NCBI GenBank assembly: GCA_030041175.1
Contig: JASHOK010000006.1
Span: forward strand, 7,710 to 71,709
Source of the DNA: Thermoplasmata archaeon
GTDB taxonomy: Archaea; Thermoplasmatota; Thermoplasmata; Lutacidiplasmatales; UBA184
Length of the DNA: 64,000 nucleotides
Direction: 5' to 3'
In this document: positions 44,752 to 52,640 of the stretch, piece by piece
How positions within the stretch are numbered: the stretch's first letter is position 1
How the letters are laid out: each line of letters starts with the position of its first letter
Notes under the pieces: generated by a model
Told to the model about the DNA's origin: nothing
The model's input: the letters and a program-made list of their open reading frames with translations, nothing else
The model's database searches: none
Translations under genes and position numbers: made by a program

Positions 44752-46548
44752 CTAGCGTTCGGGCAGCTGGGAAGCCGCCGGTTCGGGGGGTCGCCGGCGA
44801 CTCACCAGCACGGCTGCGGCACAGACTGCCACGGCCAGGACGACGAGGCCCGTTACGAGCCAGAAGAGACCGGAGCCGAGACCACCGCCCGCCGTTGGGC
44901 CCACCGCGACGACGATCTCGAGAGAGCTGGTGTTTCCTTGAGGCGTCGGAGCTTCGGAGTCGTTCACCCAGAGCGTGATCACGAACACTCCGGCGGTCGG
45001 GCAGGTCACCGCCGCAGTCGGGCCCGTTCCCGCGGCGGCTCCAGCCACGGTCCATTCGTAGGCATAGGGCGGGAGACCCCCCGTTACGGTCGACGCCAGG
45101 TGGACGTGGAGCGGCGCGAAGCCTGACGTGCTCGATGCAGCAATTTGCACCTCGAGTCGGGACGGGAGCACGTCGATGGTGAGACTCCGGCGGACCGAAG
45201 AGCCGTTCTGGTCTGCCACTGTCAGATTTACGGCGTACGTCCCGGCGATCTCGTAGTCATAAACCGGATCGGCCGCGGTACTCGTGGCGCCGGAACCGAA
45301 GGACCAGTTGTAGCTGTACGGAGAGACTCCGCCCGACGCTCCCGCATCGAATGTGACCTGAAGTGGGGCCCGACCGGTCAGCGGGGTCGCCGATGGCTGG
45401 GCCGATAACGGCGAGTACGGGACCGCACCGCAGGAGACGGATGCGGCCGTCGGCGTCCCTTGCGGGAAGGTGAAGCACATCGAGGAGAGCGTCCAGTTGA
45501 AGACGGCTTGGCCGTAGTAGCTCGAAGGAAATGGACTCAGGAACTCCGACCCAAGGTTGAGGTCGTCGAGGTACAGGTTGGCGTCGTTGTTCGGCCCGTA
45601 GGACCAGCACGAAACTCCGGCCGACTGGATCATCTGGTTCAGGTTGACCAGGACGGCGCTGAAGTTGACTGCGAGCGTCCGGGCACTGGCGTTCATCGCG
45701 CCCTGGGTTCCGTTATAGAAGTAGAGAGCGGTCAGCTCCGAGTCGTTCGTCCCCTGGCAGAAGTGCGAGAAGTCCCATGGTTGGTCGGACAACGTGCTGT
45801 TGACGAGGGTAGGTAGTTCCGCCACCCCTTCATATGGAAAATACGTGAACGGCGACCCCTCCTGCCCGGTCGACATCCAGAGCATGATCTCGAGAGAGAA
45901 ATTACCGGGCCCGGTGACATTGGCCGGCGTGGGCACGTAGGAGGAGAGAAAGTTGTCCCAGACGTAGTCATAGGCGGCTGAGCCCAAGCTGTCGTTGATC
46001 GAGTAGGTGTTCGTCAGCCAGAGGCTGCTGTTGGTCGCAGTGGCCACGGGCTCCGGAAGCTCGAACTCCGGAGACATGTTGCCGGGCGACCCGCCCCAGA
46101 GGTCCTGACCGTACTCAACGTGCGGAAAGCCCAGGACTCCCTCGGCTCCGCCTACGTTGCTAAAATTTACGACATTCGAAACAGCGCCGGCCCCACCGCC
46201 CGAGTAACAGACATCGTCCGTCCCGGAGCTTCCCGACCCCAGCCCAAAGAGATTCGGAGTCTCGTAGCCGTAGGGCAGATACGATACAGGAAACGGATCG
46301 GATGGCGTGCCGTTGGCACAGATTTCCGGCGTTCCGTTTGGCGACGGCACGAGAGTGACTCTGGCCGACGGCGAGCCCGCGCCGAGAGGACCAACCCGAA
46401 GAGCTGGAGCCGAGCGGAGCCCAGTGACCTCCGGCTCGTGATCGGTGGCGGCTAGAGTCGATGGGATCCGGAGCCCCGACGAGACAGTCAGCACGCTGGC
46501 GGCGACGAGAGCCACCGCAATTCCCAACACAATCCACCGGACATGCAC
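44752..46548 (-). CDS. secreted/anchored surface protein: GH12-like domain + two PKD domains + C-terminal TM anchor
   Basis: N-terminal signal/TM segment. FSLEIMLWMS resembles the GH12 E-[IL]-M-I-W motif. Two PKD-like units are present (PLQVTFDAGASGGVSPYSYNWSFGSG...YAVNLTVADQNG and APLHVHLASTVTGGLPPYAYEWTV...VITLWVNDSE). C-terminal TM helix followed by RRR. At least 20 N-x-S/T sequons by eye. Confidence 0.75.
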   Translation of the reverse strand: MHVRWIVLGIAVALVAASVLTVSSGLRIPSTLAATDHEPEVTGLRSAPALRVGPLGAGSPSARVTLVPSPNGTPEICANGTPSDPFPVSYLPYGYETPNLFGLGSGSSGTDDVCYSGGGAGAVSNVVNFSNVGGAEGVLGFPHVEYGQDLWGGSPGNMSPEFELPEPVATATNSSLWLTNTYSINDSLGSAAYDYVWDNFLSSYVPTPANVTGPGNFSLEIMLWMSTGQEGSPFTYFPYEGVAELPTLVNSTLSDQPWDFSHFCQGTNDSELTALYFYNGTQGAMNASARTLAVNFSAVLVNLNQMIQSAGVSCWSYGPNNDANLYLDDLNLGSEFLSPFPSSYYGQAVFNWTLSSMCFTFPQGTPTAASVSCGAVPYSPLSAQPSATPLTGRAPLQVTFDAGASGGVSPYSYNWSFGSGATSTAADPVYDYEIAGTYAVNLTVADQNGSSVRRSLTIDVLPSRLEVQIAASSTSGFAPLHVHLASTVTGGLPPYAYEWTVAGAAAGTGPTAAVTCPTAGVFVITLWVNDSEAPTPQGNTSSLEIVVAVGPTAGGGLGSGLFWLVTGLVVLAVAVCAAAVLVSRRRPPEPAASQLPER

Positions 46549-46667
46549 GGCAGACTCCGCTGGCAGGCCCGAGACGCCTCGCCTCGGCGGCCCGCCTGCC
46601 AGAACGACGTCAAAACATGCGGCGAAGACCCATATCTACGTATGTGCCCAACGGGAGGCCGGTCCCC

Positions 46668-47291
46668 CTATGGCCCCCGGTTGACGTCGATCCACGTCAT
46701 GTCTGGCGGTTCCCGGTTTCGCTGCCAGTATAGACCGATGATCTCCCCAAGATGGTGGGCCTGCTCAAAGGTCGTCTGCAGCAGGGCATCGCCGACGGTG
46801 TATCGCCCCGGCATCCAGGGCGCTCTAACGCGACGCGCGAGTTTGGCAGGGGTCAGACGCTGGACCTCCGCCGTCACTCCGCTCCACACGGACCGAGAGT
46901 AGGCATTGAAGCCCTGCCACGTGGTCGGCCGACGGTCGGTACGCTGGAACAGCGCTGGGAGCTCTGCCGTCCGGCCTGGTACGATGTAGACCATCCAGAC
47001 TTCGTGAACGTTCAGGATATGCACTAGGGTGCGAAAGATCGATAGGTGGCCAGTGCCCCGATTGGCCATTGCGACACGCACCGGCAATCGACGTGCGGCG
47101 CGGGCATAGCGGGCGAACACCCTGGCGTTGTAGTCCGTGAGCCACCGGGCAGTGGCCGGAGTCAGCGGAGAAGAGATGCCGTCCATCGGTTCCGGCTCAG
47201 GCCATCGGCCCGCATAGAGGGTTGGGTCGTCGGAAGCGGGCCGGCTCAGTGACGGTGGGAGCGCGGTGTTGACCGGGCCTTCGGCGCCCAT
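46668..47291 (-). CDS. DinB-like superfamily protein
   Basis: Helical-bundle pattern with conserved His residues (HILNVHEVW...EQAHHLGEI). Weak call. Confidence 0.5.
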   Translation of the reverse strand: MGAEGPVNTALPPSLSRPASDDPTLYAGRWPEPEPMDGISSPLTPATARWLTDYNARVFARYARAARRLPVRVAMANRGTGHLSIFRTLVHILNVHEVWMVYIVPGRTAELPALFQRTDRRPTTWQGFNAYSRSVWSGVTAEVQRLTPAKLARRVRAPWMPGRYTVGDALLQTTFEQAHHLGEIIGLYWQRNREPPDMTWIDVNRGP

Positions 47292-48712
47292 CCGCTAGGT
47301 CCGTCCGTCACGCGAACGACGCTCTCGAAACCGATCCTCTCGAGAATGCTTCCGGCGATCGCTGCCCGGTATCCACTCTGGCAGTGGACATACACGGGGA
47401 GCGTCGGGTCGAGTGTCCGGTGGGCTTCGGCCTCCAGGCGAGGAAGCGGGATGTTGATGGACCCCGGAACGTGCTGGACCGCCGCCTCTGAGGCATTGCG
47501 CACGTCGAGGAGGGTCAGAGCCTGTCCGGACTCCATGCGCTTCCGAACGGCAGCCATCGGGACCCGTCCGGATGTGGCGAGCGGGAATCCGGCTGCCGAG
47601 TAGCCATCGAGTCCGCCGTCGAGGTACCCACGGAGCCCGTCGTACCCGATTCGAAGGAGGGCGATTTGAACGACGCGACGAACGCCCGGTCCGGTGTCGA
47701 CGAGTACAAACGACTCGTCTGAAGAGCGCAGCCAACCGACCCAGGCCGACACAGGTCCGTCTGACGGTACGGACAAGGCCCCCGGGACATGACCGGTGTC
47801 GAAGGCTTGTGACGGCCGGATGTCCAGCACCGTCGTCCCCGGTTTCTGTCTCAGCTGTTCGACCGCAGACGGTGCCAACGGAGGGAGGGCCGGAATCTCG
47901 GGTTCCAAGGGTTTCCCGCCGGCCAGGTTCGTGGTTCGGGGCTGCCCATAGTACGACGGAAACGGGGCATCGCTGAGGTACCGGACGAAGAACTGGGCGA
48001 GGTTCTCGGCACGGAACAACGGATTGGACCTGCGTTCCCGACCCAGAGTGGATGCGAAGACGGACCGGGCGCCGACGCCGCAGAAGCTCCCTCCGGCGTG
48101 CGTGGGGAGGACCTCGACGGCGCCTGGCAGCGGCCGATAGATCGCGTGGAGGGTCGCGTATTCGGCAGAAACTAAGGAGTTGGTGTACCGGGGTCCCAGC
48201 AGATCCGGACGTGCCGCGGTTCCAGCCATGAGGCTGCCTCCGGAAAAGAGGACACGGGGGTCACCGCCCGCGTCGTGCAGGAGGAAACTGATGTGCTCCG
48301 GCGTGTGGCCGGGCGTGCGCAGCACCGTGAGGTGACCTGGGCCGAGATCGATGCTCTCGTGCTCCGCCAGGGCCACGTGGCGGAACGGGGCTTCTACTTC
48401 CGCGCTGATGCCAAAGCGGGTCCCGGAAATGTCCGCGAGCTGCTTTCCGCCGGAGACGAAATCGGCGTGCAGATGCGTGTCGAGTGCCCAGCCGAGTGAC
48501 AATTTTGACCGGCGCAGGGCATCGAGGTACCGGCCAACATCCCGCGTGGCATCGATGACGACCGCCTGGCGCGAGTGGAGGTCACCGACCACGAACGACG
48601 AGTTTCCGAGGTCCAGTGACGGGAGGAGGTCGACGAACAGCCCGTCGGCCTGCCAAACACGACGCGGCGACTCGCCCGGTAAGTGGGTGCGCGTCGCACT
48701 CGGGCGCGTCAC
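47246..48712 (-). CDS. MBL-fold (persulfide dioxygenase-like) protein fused to two rhodanese domains
   Basis: LDTHLHADFVSGG and TPGHTPEH in the N-terminal half. The C-terminal rhodanese domain has the active-site loop VHCQSGYRA. Confidence 0.85.
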   Translation of the reverse strand: MTRPSATRTHLPGESPRRVWQADGLFVDLLPSLDLGNSSFVVGDLHSRQAVVIDATRDVGRYLDALRRSKLSLGWALDTHLHADFVSGGKQLADISGTRFGISAEVEAPFRHVALAEHESIDLGPGHLTVLRTPGHTPEHISFLLHDAGGDPRVLFSGGSLMAGTAARPDLLGPRYTNSLVSAEYATLHAIYRPLPGAVEVLPTHAGGSFCGVGARSVFASTLGRERRSNPLFRAENLAQFFVRYLSDAPFPSYYGQPRTTNLAGGKPLEPEIPALPPLAPSAVEQLRQKPGTTVLDIRPSQAFDTGHVPGALSVPSDGPVSAWVGWLRSSDESFVLVDTGPGVRRVVQIALLRIGYDGLRGYLDGGLDGYSAAGFPLATSGRVPMAAVRKRMESGQALTLLDVRNASEAAVQHVPGSINIPLPRLEAEAHRTLDPTLPVYVHCQSGYRAAIAGSILERIGFESVVRVTDGPSGWAPKARSTPRSHRH

Positions 48713-48772
48713 ATGTCCTCGGAGGGAGTCTTTCCACCTTCCAGCGCCGGACCAACTACCGGCTGGCCCCCC

Positions 48773-49072
48773 TCAGCACTGGCCGCGCTGAACCACTTCC
48801 TCGCAGTGCGAGGCCGGAGTGACCTGTAGAGTCCCGAGCTGTCCGAATGGCGCGAAGTACTGCCGGACGGCGCCTTCGTTTGCCCCATCGACGATGAGGT
48901 ACAGGTGGTGGCCCCCGTTGGCAACGGCGTCACCGTGGATCTTGATCCCCGCCTTCGCGGCGTTTGCGGGATTGACGATCTGGAGGAGACCGCTGGCCAT
49001 CTGAGGGTTCCTGGCGGGGCAGCTCTCGGCGGGATGGGTGTGCTCGGCGACGAATAGCGCCATGGGTGCCAC
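48773..49072 (-). CDS. hypothetical small protein (99 aa)
   Basis: Balanced composition, with Cys at both ends (ESCPARN...SHCEEVVQRGQC). No family recognised. Confidence 0.45.
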   Translation of the reverse strand: MAPMALFVAEHTHPAESCPARNPQMASGLLQIVNPANAAKAGIKIHGDAVANGGHHLYLIVDGANEGAVRQYFAPFGQLGTLQVTPASHCEEVVQRGQC

Positions 49073-49110
49073 CGGGGGTTCTACCCCTCAAAAACCCTTC
49101 GTTACCTCAT

Positions 49111-49127
49111 GCTTTGGGATTTTATTC
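49111..49127. repeat. left terminal inverted repeat
   Basis: gctttgggattttattc. Coordinates checked against the ATG at 49109 of a track ORF. Confidence 0.8.
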
Positions 49128-49278
49128 GAGTTCCTCGAGGAGACCCGGTTCTCACCGTTCACCTTCCATCGGGGCCGTCAGTCGCTTCTAGCCCCACTCC
49201 GACTCATACCGGATGCAGATCCTCCGGGGCCTCCTTCTTCCTCTCGCCGCTCCGCTTCCAGCTCCCCTCCTCGGCCTC

Positions 49279-50496
49279 ATGGCTGACTATCGACTGCTGA
49301 CCAACGCCACCCTTCGATACCTCCTCGAGACCGGTAAGACCTCCCGAGGTTCTGGTTCCAGGTTCGCCCGGAACTGGGCACTGGTCAATCACATGACTGG
49401 CCAGCATGCGGTAGTGGCCGCGGAGATCGCCGTCTCACTCGCTCGAGCCCATCGAACCCGACTTCGGAAGGGAATCTCTGCTCACATCCCCTACGTTCGG
49501 AAGCGATTCCTTCGGACCAGTCCGACGACCTTTCACTTCGACCTCGACACCGGCAAGGTTCGAGTCTCCCTGCGGACTGGCGAGTGGTGCTCCTGCTTCG
49601 TTCACGTCGCTCCTTACCATCGGGAACGCCTCCAGGAACCTGGAGTTCGGATCAAGCAGCTCCAGGTGTCCGAGGATCGGGTAGCCCTGTTCCTTGAACG
49701 ACAGGTTCCAGAACCCTACCCTCCATCGTCCCTGGTCGCCCTCGACACCAACGAACGGTCGATGGACGGGGTCGTCGTCACTTCCTCCGGTACCGAGGCT
49801 ACTCGGGTCGAGTACTCGGACATCCCGCAGATCCAGACCGTGCACTTCCAACGGAGGCGACGCCTCGCCCGGAAGAAGGCCCATGACCGACGGGTGGGTC
49901 GGAGGCTGCTCTCCAAGGAAGGTCGTCGAGAACGGCACCGGGTCCGGTCTCGTCTACACGTCCTGAGCCGACGGTTCATCGAGATCCTGGAACGACACCA
50001 CGCCGCTCTCGCCCTCGAGGACCTGTCGCGAGTGCCTTCACCACGACGACGAGGTCCCGGAGCTAGGGGTCGATGGCGGGGACCCCAGCTCCGCCGTCGA
50101 CTCTCCAGCTGGCCTCGTCGGGAATTGCATCGCCAGCTGGCATACAAATCCCAGGACCATGGCGTTCCGATCTACTGGGTCAACCCGTATCGCACCAGTG
50201 TGACCTGCCCGAGATGTGGGGATATTCGACGACCCCGAAGCAGGGTAGGGCCGATGTTCACGTGCGAGTCGTGTGGCTGGACGCTGGACCGGCAACTGAA
50301 TGCCGGAGTGAATGTCGGACGAACCGCTCTGCGAGACCTCGCAGAGCTCGAAGGTCTTCGACTGGACCTTGACGGCCTTTCCGAGGATGCGAGGAGGCCC
50401 CGCTACCCCTTCGAAGAATCGACGGGGCATGGGCGGAGCGGAGGGAAAGGAAGGGAGCGAATGCAGGGGGCATCGGAAGGTGAACCCTGTGAATAA
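49279..50496 (+). CDS. tnpB: TnpB-like RNA-guided endonuclease / IS605 OrfB transposase accessory protein
   Basis: RuvC-like residues in VALDTNERS, LALEDLS and TLDRQLNAGVNVGR, plus zinc finger CPRCG...CESCG. Start at MADYRLL (ATG 49279). Confidence 0.85.
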   Translation: MADYRLLTNATLRYLLETGKTSRGSGSRFARNWALVNHMTGQHAVVAAEIAVSLARAHRTRLRKGISAHIPYVRKRFLRTSPTTFHFDLDTGKVRVSLRTGEWCSCFVHVAPYHRERLQEPGVRIKQLQVSEDRVALFLERQVPEPYPPSSLVALDTNERSMDGVVVTSSGTEATRVEYSDIPQIQTVHFQRRRRLARKKAHDRRVGRRLLSKEGRRERHRVRSRLHVLSRRFIEILERHHAALALEDLSRVPSPRRRGPGARGRWRGPQLRRRLSSWPRRELHRQLAYKSQDHGVPIYWVNPYRTSVTCPRCGDIRRPRSRVGPMFTCESCGWTLDRQLNAGVNVGRTALRDLAELEGLRLDLDGLSEDARRPRYPFEESTGHGRSGGKGRERMQGASEGEPCE

Positions 50497-50507
50497 AATC
50501 CCAAAGC
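50491..50507. repeat. right terminal inverted repeat (overlaps the tnpB stop codon)
   Basis: gaataaaatcccaaagc. The TAA stop at 50494..50496 lies inside the repeat. Confidence 0.8.
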
Positions 50508-50518
50508 CCCGGGAGGCC

Positions 50519-50998
50519 CTAGGCGGGGGCCGGCCGGGCCGACAGGGGTACCCTCCGGTCCTCCTTGACCCGGTTGAGCACCACCTGCGTGCTCGTCCGC
50601 TCGACGTACGGGTCCTGGAGGGTGTGCTTGACGAACCGGTCGAGGTCCCGGCGGTCCCGAAAGCGACCGATGATGAGGGCATCGAACTCCCCGGTCACGT
50701 CGTAGATCGCGTAGGCTCGCGGGTCCCGACCCAGGCGTTCCTCGACCTCCCGGAGCCGGCCCTTGAGGATCCGGATGCCGATTGTCGCCCACAGGTCCCA
50801 ACCCAGCAGTTCGTCGTCCAGGAGGGGGATGTATCCGCGGACGACCCCGAGCTTCTCCAGCCGCTCCAGGCGGTGGCTGATGGTCGTGGGTGACACGCGG
50901 AGCCGACGGGCAATCTCCCGGTCGCTCCGCCGCGCGTTGATGTTGAGCTCCTGGAGCAGGGACCGGTCGAGGTCGTCGACGGCGGACGTTTGACCCAT
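50519..50998 (-). CDS. lrp: Lrp/AsnC-family transcriptional regulator
   Basis: LDRSLLQELNINARRSDREIARRLRVSPTTISHRLERLEKLGVVRGY (HTH) plus a RAM-like C-terminal domain. Start at MGQTSA (ATG 50998). Confidence 0.85.
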   Translation of the reverse strand: MGQTSAVDDLDRSLLQELNINARRSDREIARRLRVSPTTISHRLERLEKLGVVRGYIPLLDDELLGWDLWATIGIRILKGRLREVEERLGRDPRAYAIYDVTGEFDALIIGRFRDRRDLDRFVKHTLQDPYVERTSTQVVLNRVKEDRRVPLSARPAPA

Positions 50999-51023
50999 GG
51001 TACTTCGACTCTGGTGCACTATG

Positions 51024-51042
51024 TCCACTGAATATTTGTGGA
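51024..51042. promoter_or_regulatory. inverted repeat TCCAC-N9-GTGGA spanning an AT-rich core in the lrp/glnA divergent spacer
   Basis: The sequence tccactgaatatttgtgga is present. A direct repeat of atgtcca occurs at 51021 and 51052 (31 bp apart). The aatattt core is TATA-like, about 36 nt upstream of the lrp ATG. Confidence 0.35.
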
Positions 51043-51113
51043 TTGGGATGAATGTCCAATTCCGTCGGCGCAGGGTTGATGTAGCGACATGCGGTCGGAG
51101 GAGCGAGGACGGC

Positions 51114-52595
51114 ATGTCGGACGACCCGGCGAGCGGGGCAGCGAAGAGCGGCATCACCGAGGCAAAGGCAGCGGAGATTCTCTCCGGTCTCAAGGCGCAG
51201 AAGGTCCGGTGGGTCGAGATCTTCTACACCGACATCCTCGGCGGGTTCAACCATCTCCACCTTCCGCTCGACGCGCTCGAGCCGGACTCCTTCGTCACCG
51301 GTATCCCCAAGCTGGACGGATCCTCGGTCCGAGGCTTCCAGGAAATCTACGAGTCGGACATGGTCCTGTTGCCGGATCCGAACACGCTCGCCACACTCCC
51401 GTGGGGCGGCGCGGGTACGGGCAGCGTCCGATTCATCGCCGACATCCTGATGGGCGGGAGTCGGACCCCGTATCCGCGCGACCCGCGCGGGATCGCCCGC
51501 AAGACGGTCCACGTGCTCGGCTCCGCCGGCTATGACCATTCGTACTGGGGCCCGGAGATCGAGTTCTTCGTCTTTGACGCGGTCCGCCTGATCCCGTCGG
51601 CGGATGCGGTCCGGGACGCCTGGAGCGGCGCGGGGTATCTCATCGACAGCTCGGAGGCCCCCTGGCAGGAACAGGACGGACATGGGTCGATCCGGTTCAA
51701 AGAGGGCTATCACCGGGGAGCGCCCTCGGACCAGCTCCAGGACCTCCGCAGCGAGATGTGTAACATCCTGGTGGACGACTTCCATATCAAGGTCGACGCG
51801 CACCATCACGAGGTCGGCACGGCGGGGCAAGCCGAGATCAACATCCGGTTTGACGAACTGATTCCGTCCGCCGACCACGTCCAAGACGTCCGATTCGTGA
51901 TCAAGAACGTGGCCCGGCAGCACGGCAAGATCGCCACGTTCATGCCGAAGCCGGTCTACGGCGACAACGGCCTGGGTCTCCACACGAACCAATCGCTCTG
52001 GAGTCACGGGACCAACGTCTTCTACGACGCGTCCGACGCCTACGCGGAGATCAGCCAAACCTGCCGGTACTACATCGGCGGCCTGCTCGAGCACGCCCGG
52101 GCGCTCTGCGCCCTCACGAACCCGATCACGAACTCCTACCGCCGGCTCGTTCCGGGCTTCGAGGCTCCGGTCTTCATCGCGTACAGCAAGGCCAACCGGT
52201 CCGCCAACGTTCGAATTCCTTTCTACCTGAAAGGGCACCCGGCCGCCAAGCGACTCGAGTACCGGACACCGGACTCGTCGGCGAACATCTACCTGGTCGA
52301 GGCCGCGCTGGCCCTTGCCGGGCTCGACGGCATCCAGCGGAAGATCGACCCCGGGAACCCGGTCGACACGGACATCTACAAGTTGTCGCCGGAGAAGCGT
52401 CGGGAGCTGGGGATCCGCGAACTTCCCGGATCGCTCGGTGAGGCCCTGGACTGTCTCGCCACGGACCATGCCTTCCTGGCGCCCGCCTTCTCCGACTCGT
52501 TCCTCGAGTCGTACCGGGAGTTGAAGCAGGAGGAGCAGCTCCAGCTGAACCTCCGGCCCCACCCCTACGAGTTCTACCGGTACCTGGACGTCTAG
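51114..52595 (+). CDS. glnA: glutamine synthetase, type I
   Basis: VRWVEIFYTDILGG, FDGSS-like LDGSSVRGF, GPEIEFFVFD, KPVYGDNGLGLHTNQSLW and NSYRRLVPGFEAP. Start at MSDDPA (ATG 51114). Confidence 0.9.
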   Translation: MSDDPASGAAKSGITEAKAAEILSGLKAQKVRWVEIFYTDILGGFNHLHLPLDALEPDSFVTGIPKLDGSSVRGFQEIYESDMVLLPDPNTLATLPWGGAGTGSVRFIADILMGGSRTPYPRDPRGIARKTVHVLGSAGYDHSYWGPEIEFFVFDAVRLIPSADAVRDAWSGAGYLIDSSEAPWQEQDGHGSIRFKEGYHRGAPSDQLQDLRSEMCNILVDDFHIKVDAHHHEVGTAGQAEINIRFDELIPSADHVQDVRFVIKNVARQHGKIATFMPKPVYGDNGLGLHTNQSLWSHGTNVFYDASDAYAEISQTCRYYIGGLLEHARALCALTNPITNSYRRLVPGFEAPVFIAYSKANRSANVRIPFYLKGHPAAKRLEYRTPDSSANIYLVEAALALAGLDGIQRKIDPGNPVDTDIYKLSPEKRRELGIRELPGSLGEALDCLATDHAFLAPAFSDSFLESYRELKQEEQLQLNLRPHPYEFYRYLDV

Positions 52596-52640
52596 CGCCG
52601 TCCACCGAGCCGTTTAACGGACGCCGGGCTAGCGCCCGGC

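Larger units (their letters stand above)
49111..50507 (+). mobile_element. solo TnpB (IS200/IS605 OrfB / IS1341-like) element bounded by a 17-bp perfect inverted repeat
   Basis: gctttgggattttattc (49111..49127) is the exact reverse complement of gaataaaatcccaaagc (50491..50507). A single tnpB ORF lies inside and there is no tnpA in the window. Confidence 0.65.

Noticed and set aside
49111-50507. Possibility that the 17-mer repeat marks a CRISPR array or other tandem repeat
   Set aside because: There are only two copies, in inverted orientation and 1.4 kb apart, bracketing tnpB. I noticed no regularly spaced direct repeats anywhere in the window.
50403-52562. 719-aa minus-strand ORF, the longest in the track
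   Set aside because: It is antisense to glnA, whose plus-strand product carries unmistakable glutamine synthetase motifs. The antisense product is an R/P/G/V-rich low-complexity string with no motifs. This is a typical GC-driven shadow ORF.
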